Part shown: positions 25,913-32,000 of the stretch, piece after piece
How positions within the stretch are numbered: the stretch's first letter is position 1
Layout of the letters: the number at the start of each line of letters is the position of its first letter
NCBI RefSeq assembly: GCF_000007985.2
Contig: NC_002939.5
Coordinates: 1,920,001-1,952,000 of the forward strand
DNA length: 32,000 nt
Source of the DNA: Geobacter sulfurreducens PCA
GTDB lineage: Bacteria; Desulfobacterota; Desulfuromonadia; Geobacterales; Geobacteraceae
Direction: 5' to 3'
Made by a program: the position numbers and the translations under genes
Notes under the pieces: model-generated
Database searches by the model: none
What the model saw: only the letters and a program-made list of their open reading frames with translations
Told to the model about the DNA's origin: nothing

Positions 25913-27637
25913 TCACTCCACGAAGGTGACCCGGTTGATTTCACGCAAGGTCGTTTCCCCTGCAAAGACCTTTTCAATGGCAGATTCGCGCAGGAATACC
26001 GTGCCGGACTCACGGGCGGCCGCCTTGAGCTGGGCTGCAGGAGCCTTCGCCATGATCAGCTCCCGCATCTGGTCATTCAGATCAAGAAGTTCAATGATGG
26101 CTGATCGTCCGCGATATCCCGTCCCATTGCACTCCTCGCAGCCACGACTCTCATAGAACGTTACGTCGCGACACTCCTCCGGGTCAAGTCCCGATTCGAT
26201 AAGGACCGAATCCGAATGCTCCACCGGATATTTGCAGTGCGGACACGCCTTGCGTACCAGACGCTGGGCCATGACACAGTTGAGACACGAAACGAAGTTG
26301 TAGGGATCGATCCCCATGTGAATGAAGCGGCCAAGAACGTCAAAAGCGTTGTTCGCGTGAACCGTCGTAAAGACCAAGTGCCCGGTGAGGGCCGATTGGA
26401 CGGCGATTTGTGCCGTTTCAGGGTCCCGGATCTCGCCGACCATGATCTTGTCCGGGTCGTGCCGAAGAATCGACCGGAGACCGCGGGCAAAGGTGAGGCC
26501 CTTTTTCTCGTTCACCGGTATCTGGACGATACCGCGCAACACGTATTCGACCGGGTCTTCAATGGTAATGATCTTCTCTTCGCCCGTATGAATCTCGGTG
26601 AGAGCGGCGTAGAGGGTAGTCGTCTTGCCCGAACCGGTCGGCCCCGTTACGAGGACCATGCCGTAAGGCTCGCGAATTTTCCTTCTCAGACGCTTCATTT
26701 CCCGCGGATGCATGCCGAGCGTCTCAAGCGTAAGCCCCTTCAGGTCGGAAGCGATGCTCTCCTTGTCAAGGATACGGATAACCGCGTCCTCTCCAAAGGC
26801 GCTCGGCATGATCGATACGCGAAAATCAATGGCCTTGTCATTGAGCCTGACCTTGAAGCGACCGTCCTGAGGGATGCGTCGCTCGGAAATGTCGAGCTCA
26901 CTCATGACCTTGAGGCGAGAAATGATAGGAGCCTGAAAGTGAATATCGAGGGGTTCGGTGGCCCGGTATAGCACCCCGTCGATCCGGTATTTGATGATAA
27001 CCCCTTCCAGGGCGGTTTCGATGTGAATATCGCTTGCCCGACGGGTCAGCGCGTCCATGACGGTTGAGTTGACGAGCTTGATGATGGGGCTCGTGTCGGC
27101 CGAGATCTTCTCCATGGAGAGTATCTCTTCGCCTTTTTCATTCTCCTTGACCAGTTGCAGCATGAAGTCCTCGGAAACTTCCTTGAGGACCCTACTGGTG
27201 GCCTCCCCTTTCTTGAGGATAGTGGCAATGGCCGTTTCCGTCGCCAGTTTGACGATAAAAGGCCGGTCCAGCAGAAGCTCCAACTCGTCCAGCTTCAGAA
27301 CATCTGTCGGATCGGCAATAAGAACGACCAGGGTCCCGTCTTCCTCTTCCAACGGGACGAACTGGTAGCGATAGATCGCATCCGGTGGCAGTGTAGCCAG
27401 GAGCGACTCATTGAGCCGCACGCCGCGGGCATCAACATAGTCGAGGCCGAACTGCTCGGCAAGAGCCCGTGCCAGGTTCTCCTCGGTAATGAGTCCGTCC
27501 CCAACGCAGACCTCCCCGAAACGCTTTGTGGACGCATTTCTCTTCTCGACCAGATAGGGGATCTGATCAGGATTGAGGCTTCCCTGTTGAACAAGGATCT
27601 GGCCGATGGTTTTTCGTTTGAAAGATTGCTTTTCCAT
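25913..27637 (-). CDS. gspE: Type II secretion / type IV pilus assembly ATPase (GspE/PilB family) with an MshEN-type N-terminal domain
   Basis: Walker A GPTGSGKTTTLYA, Asp box, Walker B, His box, and tetracysteine CPHC...CEEC. N-terminus has two 24-residue MshEN-like motifs. Start is ATG 27637 (MEKQSFKRK...) or TTG 27682, which lies directly after the gspF stop. Confidence 0.9.
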   Translation of the reverse strand: MEKQSFKRKTIGQILVQQGSLNPDQIPYLVEKRNASTKRFGEVCVGDGLITEENLARALAEQFGLDYVDARGVRLNESLLATLPPDAIYRYQFVPLEEEDGTLVVLIADPTDVLKLDELELLLDRPFIVKLATETAIATILKKGEATSRVLKEVSEDFMLQLVKENEKGEEILSMEKISADTSPIIKLVNSTVMDALTRRASDIHIETALEGVIIKYRIDGVLYRATEPLDIHFQAPIISRLKVMSELDISERRIPQDGRFKVRLNDKAIDFRVSIMPSAFGEDAVIRILDKESIASDLKGLTLETLGMHPREMKRLRRKIREPYGMVLVTGPTGSGKTTTLYAALTEIHTGEEKIITIEDPVEYVLRGIVQIPVNEKKGLTFARGLRSILRHDPDKIMVGEIRDPETAQIAVQSALTGHLVFTTVHANNAFDVLGRFIHMGIDPYNFVSCLNCVMAQRLVRKACPHCKYPVEHSDSVLIESGLDPEECRDVTFYESRGCEECNGTGYRGRSAIIELLDLNDQMRELIMAKAPAAQLKAAARESGTVFLRESAIEKVFAGETTLREINRVTFVE

Positions 27638-27682
27638 TGCTTCGTTCCAAGCCGGGCCGTTGAATGGGCTGCGCCGCGACAA

Positions 27683-28891
27683 TCATCCTACAGTGCCGGC
27701 AATTTTGAACACCGGCAGGTACATGGTTACGATAATAACGCCAACAACCAGCCCCATGACGATCATGATCGCGGGTTCAATGGCAGTTGTCAGCAGGTGG
27801 AGGCGGGCATCGATTTCCCCCTCGAAGTATTCGGCAATATCACTCAGCATCTCCTCAAGGGAACCGGTCGACTCCCCCACGCCGAGCATCCGGAGCGCGA
27901 GAGGCGGCATGATCCTCGCCGACTCGATGGCACCCGACAGACTCATTCCCTCCTCGATCTTGACCACGGCTTCGAGCATCCGTCTTTCGAGCACGCGATT
28001 ATTCAATGTGCCCACCGACATCTTGAGCGATTCGACAATAGGTATGCCGCTACCGATGACTGTTGCCAATGTCCGTGTAAACGAGCTGACGGCGAATTTG
28101 GAAAAGACATCACCGATAAAGGGTATTCGTATCTTTATATCATCAACCCGATACCGCCCGCTCTCGGTAGCGGCCCATCGCCTGAAAAAGAATACAGCAC
28201 CGATAACTGCCGCTATAATCAGGGGGAAAAGCTGCTTCAATGATGTGGAAAACGCTATGAGTATCCTGGTGGGAAGTGGAAGCTGGGAACCGGCATCCGC
28301 ATAAACCTGGCTGAAGGTCGGAACCACGTAGACCAGGAGAAAAGTGATGGCCAACGTTGCAACGGTAACAAGGATTGCGGGATAGACCAGCGCGGAAATG
28401 AATCGTTTCCGTACTTCTTCCACCCGTTTGAGAAACGCGATGTAGCGCCGGATGGTGAGCTGCAGGTCCCCGGTCCGCTCGCCAGCTCGCACCGAAGCTA
28501 CGTAGAGATGGGGAAAGACCTTGGTGTGCTTTTCCAGGGCATCGGAGAGAGCCATCCCACCCTTTACGTCCTCGCGAACAACCGCCAGCACGTCAAATAG
28601 AGTTCCCCGCTCAACCCGCTCCAGTACCGTGTCAAGCGCCTGGATAATCGGCAAGCCGGCCTTGATCAGAACGAGAAGCTCCTGGTTGAGGGTAAGGAGG
28701 GCCTTGTTGTCTACCTTGCGTCGCCCTCCCCCTTTGTCCCAGAGAAACTGCAGGGGCTTTTTTTTTATCTCGAAAACAAAAAAACCCTGCTCTTCCAAAC
28801 TGGTGCGAAGCATTTCAGGGTTTGCTGCTTCCAGTTCCCTGGTGATGATTCGCCCCTCCGAGGAGCCGAGCTTACAGTGGTATAGGGCCAT
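27683..28891 (-). CDS. gspF: Type II secretion / type IV pilus platform protein (GspF/PilC family)
   Basis: 402 aa. Duplicated T2SF domain architecture with three TM helices. Typical segments L.TLL.AGLPI..AL (here LVLIKAGLPIIQAL) and the C-terminal EPAIMIVMGLVVGVIIVTMYLPVFKI. Confidence 0.9.
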   Translation of the reverse strand: MALYHCKLGSSEGRIITRELEAANPEMLRTSLEEQGFFVFEIKKKPLQFLWDKGGGRRKVDNKALLTLNQELLVLIKAGLPIIQALDTVLERVERGTLFDVLAVVREDVKGGMALSDALEKHTKVFPHLYVASVRAGERTGDLQLTIRRYIAFLKRVEEVRKRFISALVYPAILVTVATLAITFLLVYVVPTFSQVYADAGSQLPLPTRILIAFSTSLKQLFPLIIAAVIGAVFFFRRWAATESGRYRVDDIKIRIPFIGDVFSKFAVSSFTRTLATVIGSGIPIVESLKMSVGTLNNRVLERRMLEAVVKIEEGMSLSGAIESARIMPPLALRMLGVGESTGSLEEMLSDIAEYFEGEIDARLHLLTTAIEPAIMIVMGLVVGVIIVTMYLPVFKIAGTVG

Positions 28892-28960
28892 TAGATTTTC
28901 TTAGCACAAAATGGGTAAAATTAAAAATAAAAACAAGCAGAAACATGACCGCAACACCAT

Positions 28961-28983
28961 CACAACACACCCACCACAACACA
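28961..28983. repeat. Direct repeat CACAACACA - 5 nt - CACAACACA in the only sizeable intergenic gap of the cluster
   Basis: CACAACACA occurs at 28961-28969 and 28975-28983 (14-nt period), with a related CAACACCA at 28952-28959. Read on the minus strand as TGTGTTGTG, it lies 70-92 nt upstream of the gspF ATG. Confidence 0.6.
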
Positions 28984-28993
28984 ATAGTCACTG

Positions 28994-29437
28994 CTATCGG
29001 TCGTGGCAGGAAAAGCAGAGATCCTCCACAGGGATGCGAAGATGGTACGCTTTCTGGTGAGGGTTTTCCGCGGCAACCACATGCATGTCGTGACATGTGA
29101 TGGCACAGGCAATCAATCCGTCTCCATCGAGCGGCAGCCCCTTGCGGTTCATTTCCGGCTTTTTGCCGACACCATGTCCGAAATCAATGCCGTGACACTG
29201 AAGACATACCCCGTTAGCATCTGATTTTAGCTGACTTTTCCCATCACCAGACAAGCGGTCGGATCTCAGATCCCGTTCCGTGGCAATGTGACATGAAAGA
29301 CACGCCCCCTGTGCATCGTGCGGCGATACACGTTCAGCCGCCGAAACGGACTGCGCGTTTAGTGTTGCCCACAGCGACACAGCCACAAACGCATTGAAAA
29401 ATACTAGTTTCCGGCTGCCCGGCGCGTACAGGCTCAT
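28994..29437 (-). CDS. Small multihaem c-type cytochrome (3 CXXCH plus 1 CX3CH)
   Basis: Signal peptide (..VAVSLWATLNAQSVSAAE). CLSCH, CLQCH, CFSCH, plus CAITCH encoded at 29090-29107. Confidence 0.85.
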   Translation of the reverse strand: MSLYAPGSRKLVFFNAFVAVSLWATLNAQSVSAAERVSPHDAQGACLSCHIATERDLRSDRLSGDGKSQLKSDANGVCLQCHGIDFGHGVGKKPEMNRKGLPLDGDGLIACAITCHDMHVVAAENPHQKAYHLRIPVEDLCFSCHDR

Positions 29438-29440
29438 GGC

Positions 29441-30532
29441 TCAGTATACCCTCGGATTATGGTCCACACCGTGGCAGGAAAGATAGCACTCCCCCCTGAA
29501 CGTGGATATCCCCTTTTCGACAAACTTGAGCTGGCCCTGCGAATTAGGAGAAACCACCGACCTGTTAAACCGGATCAGGTATTTGTACTCGACGCTGCCG
29601 TGGGAATTGTGGCAGGTATAGCAGGAGGTGCCGTTCGAGCCGGCAATTCCGCCAGTACCCTGAATATGCTTTGCATGAAATTTGAAGCTTTCATTGCCGA
29701 GGATACTGCTGCGATCGTGGCACCGGTAACAGAGGGCATATACATGAGGGCTTTCCGGTTGGTTGTCGCGTGTCGAGTAGTTCTCGACGAGGATGTGCTC
29801 GTTAAGTGAGCCGTGAGGTCCCCGGGGCCCGGAAGAAGACTCGCTGCCGTGGCAGTCGCCACAGGAAATAATTGAGACGTCACCCGGAGTTACCTTCCTT
29901 TCCTTATATGGATGGATGAGACTGACAACCGCCGTGTTTTTCCCCTCAGCTTCCACCGGATGAAACGACGGGTTGGTGGAAGCAAGCTCGGCCCTCTTAT
30001 TATTAAAACGGCCGGGAAGATTAGCACTTTCAGCGTGGCATCTGTAGCAAAGTTCGAACTCCGCCGTGACGGTCGAGATCAGATTGCCCACCCTGCGCCC
30101 TTTGATTCCTGCAAATTTATTGGCGGGAGAAACATGATGAGGGTTGTGGCAATCCACGCAGACGGCGTGGCGAGGCATTCGCGGGTCCGCCTCCGGCAGG
30201 GTCTCCCCACCCCGGTGGACCCCACGGACATCAAACGTTGGGTGCCGGAAAGGCTTGCGGAATTCATCCTCAATGTTCTTCATATCGGATTCACGGGGAG
30301 CGAAACCTCTGGGCATGCCGGCATATTGACGGGTCAGCCGGGAAGGATCACCATGACAGACAATGCAGGTCTCGGGTCCACCTCCGTCTTTGAAATTGAA
30401 CTTGAGGTGGCAGGTTGAACACCCTCGGGGCACTTTACTTCGATCGAGATGGACTCCCCCCGTGTAATCGGCAGCAAAGGCCGGCATGACCGAGAGCAGC
30501 ACCAAGCAAATGAGAACTGCGGCTACCGGCAT
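29441..30532 (-). CDS. Multihaem c-type cytochrome (7 CXXCH plus 1 CX3CH)
   Basis: CSTCH, CIVCH, CVDCH, CYRCH, CGDCH, CYRCH, CYTCH, plus CYLSCH encoded at 29471-29488. Start set at ATG 30532 (AGGAG 5 nt upstream), giving the signal peptide MPVAAVLICLVLLSVMPAFA. The ORF-track start at 30571 would overlap the upstream gene by 31 nt. Confidence 0.85.
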   Translation of the reverse strand: MPVAAVLICLVLLSVMPAFAADYTGGVHLDRSKVPRGCSTCHLKFNFKDGGGPETCIVCHGDPSRLTRQYAGMPRGFAPRESDMKNIEDEFRKPFRHPTFDVRGVHRGGETLPEADPRMPRHAVCVDCHNPHHVSPANKFAGIKGRRVGNLISTVTAEFELCYRCHAESANLPGRFNNKRAELASTNPSFHPVEAEGKNTAVVSLIHPYKERKVTPGDVSIISCGDCHGSESSSGPRGPHGSLNEHILVENYSTRDNQPESPHVYALCYRCHDRSSILGNESFKFHAKHIQGTGGIAGSNGTSCYTCHNSHGSVEYKYLIRFNRSVVSPNSQGQLKFVEKGISTFRGECYLSCHGVDHNPRVY

Positions 30533-30540
30533 TGCATCTC

Positions 30541-31380
30541 CTAAGGATTTGGCGTCTTGAAACTGTGGCATGCGTAGCAGACTTCATCGTGAACGGTATC
30601 GGCATTCACGGTTGATAGCCCCCGTCCGTCATAGGCCCAAAACGGTGTCAACGGGGGGGTATTTGTGTCGTAAAACTGACTCTGATGAGGATCATGACAG
30701 GTGGTGCACTGCATGCGCTTTTCCTTGTCAAGTCTGACGAATTGCCTGGCCTTGTTGGTACCGGGCGCGCCCGGGCTTTCCTGGGACGGAGCGTCGGCCG
30801 GCAACCAGTAATCTGATACCGGATTTTCCAGAGTTTTTAGGCGTGCAACCACTTCTGCGGTGTACTTGAATGAAACCGGGTGATGTGAATTGGTTATCTT
30901 GGCGCGATCAAAGACATGGTCGCCGGTCATCTTCGTGTACATGCTGCCGTTGACCTCGATCGGTACCCCGGCAAGCACGGCCCCAAGAGCCGTGACCCCG
31001 TCGTGGCAGCTGAGGCAAAGTCTGGATGAGCCATTGGGCTCCGCAGCATAATCGCTGGCCGTGCGGGCGGTTGCATCCAGGTGGAGAGACAAGCTGCTCG
31101 ATGAATAGTGGCCGAAACTCTGGGTTGTGTCGCTGCGGTTCCAGAGCGTGGTCTGCGGGCGTGCATTATGGGGCGTGTGACAAAAGATACAGATCTGCCT
31201 GGCCCGCATATCGGTTGAATTGGTAGCTTTGAAATTAACGTTTGTGTTGGAATAGGAAAGGTTATGCTTGTTTCCGCCACCTGAATCGGTAAATTTGGGC
31301 CCGGGTGCCCCGTAATTCAGGCGGGCACTGCCCATGACGAGCGCTGTCACGAACATGACCCAAAAGATCCTCGTCATCAT
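30541..31380 (-). CDS. Tetrahaem c-type cytochrome (paired CXXCH...H type)
   Basis: Signal peptide MMTRIFWVMFVTALVMGSA. CIFCHTPH, CLSCHDG, CTTCHDPH and CYACH. ATGA overlap with the NHL gene. Confidence 0.85.
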   Translation of the reverse strand: MMTRIFWVMFVTALVMGSARLNYGAPGPKFTDSGGGNKHNLSYSNTNVNFKATNSTDMRARQICIFCHTPHNARPQTTLWNRSDTTQSFGHYSSSSLSLHLDATARTASDYAAEPNGSSRLCLSCHDGVTALGAVLAGVPIEVNGSMYTKMTGDHVFDRAKITNSHHPVSFKYTAEVVARLKTLENPVSDYWLPADAPSQESPGAPGTNKARQFVRLDKEKRMQCTTCHDPHQSQFYDTNTPPLTPFWAYDGRGLSTVNADTVHDEVCYACHSFKTPNP

Positions 31381-32000
31381 CGATTTTCCTCTTTCAGGTA
31401 TTCGAATACCTGGACCCGCCGGTTGTACGAATCAGAGATGAAGATTCGATCGTTGCGATCGATATGAATGCCGCTCGGCATGTAAAACTCACCGCTTTTC
31501 TTGCCGGGTTTTCCAACGAAAAGGAGCAATTGCCCCTCCTGATTAAAAATCTGAAAATTGTCAAACGCGGCATCGATCACGTACACATTGAGGTCACTGT
31601 CGACTGCAACGCCACGGGGCCTCGCGAAAGAACCGGGAGCATCTCCTATTTCACCGATACTTCGGAGATAGCGACCGGCTGAATCATACACCTTGACCGT
31701 AAAATTCAAGGCATCGGTAACATAGACTTTATCGTCCTTATCAACGGCCACATGGGAGGGAAGGTTTAATTTACCCCCAATATCATCAGGGGGGAAATCT
31801 CCCAAGAAACGCCCACTCACGTTAAAAACTTTCAATTTATGTGCCAACACATCAACAACAAAAAGAACGCCTTTACTGTTCACGGCCAAACCGGCCGGTC
31901 TCTTGAAGTCGACCTGGCCATCAGCCAGGACACGCAAAAACTCTCCGTCACGGGAAAAAACGTACACTTTGGCATTGACCGAATCGCTGACGTACAGATC
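31377..32000 (-). CDS. NHL-repeat beta-propeller protein (C-terminal part; gene continues beyond the right edge)
   Basis: Repeating units such as LNLPSHVAVDKDDKVYVTDALNFTVKVY, FARPRGVAVDSDLNVYVIDAAFDNFQIF and FYMPSGIHIDRNDRIFISDSYNRRVQVF. The reading frame stays open through 32000 (..DLYVSDSVNAKVYVF), so Met 31967 is not the true start. Confidence 0.8.
   Translation of the reverse strand, partial: DLYVSDSVNAKVYVFSRDGEFLRVLADGQVDFKRPAGLAVNSKGVLFVVDVLAHKLKVFNVSGRFLGDFPPDDIGGKLNLPSHVAVDKDDKVYVTDALNFTVKVYDSAGRYLRSIGEIGDAPGSFARPRGVAVDSDLNVYVIDAAFDNFQIFNQEGQLLLFVGKPGKKSGEFYMPSGIHIDRNDRIFISDSYNRRVQVFEYLKEENR

Noticed and set aside
27155-28243. 362-aa + strand ORF spanning the gspE/gspF junction (plus 27606..28304)
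   Set aside because: Antisense to two strongly supported genes. It crosses their boundary, which a real gene would be unlikely to do.
28935-28952. Sigma54 (-24/-12) promoter upstream of gspF
   Set aside because: Only the GG-N10-GC spacing and a TGCT -12 element match. The -24 element (CGGTCA versus TGGCAC) is poor. Mentioned within a finding but not reported as a feature.

Overview
High-GC, Geobacter-type chromosomal segment. From memory it matches the Geobacter sulfurreducens region around ppcE/pgcA (roughly GSU1757-GSU1788). I cannot run a search to confirm this. Left part (+ strand): purM, purN and the triheme cytochrome c7 PpcE. These are followed by a GEMM-I cyclic-dinucleotide riboswitch with a terminator platform, which drives the lipoprotein triheme cytochrome PgcA and its two (Pro-Thr)14 linkers. 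Middle: xseA-xseB-ispA-dxs (- strand), extended by a small J-domain protein and a TPR/zincin lipoprotein. Then come an orphan ParA-like ATPase (+), a YibQ-type deacetylase, a secreted protein with both a cohesin-like and a dockerin-like module, and a SARP regulator in a low-GC pocket. Right half (- strand) is one almost gap-free gene string: NHL-repeat protein, three multihaem cytochromes (14 CXXCH plus 2 CX3CH), GspF, GspE (with an MshEN-type tandem motif), PilM/N/O/P-like proteins, a lipobox-TPR-secretin-cohesin fusion, two GspG-like pseudopilins, then ftsE-ftsX-envC-ctpA. The string ends at a strong terminator at 15609-15639. The best candidate for an under-described system is this hybrid T2SS/T4P-like machine. 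Its secretin carries a pilotin-like TPR lipoprotein module at the N-terminus and a cohesin module at the C-terminus, and a possible dockerin-bearing partner is encoded about 6 kb away. It is co-clustered with multihaem cytochromes and may be controlled by cyclic dinucleotides. I saw no rRNA or tRNA genes, CRISPR arrays, transposases or integrases. Several long ORFs in the track are antisense artefacts of high GC content.
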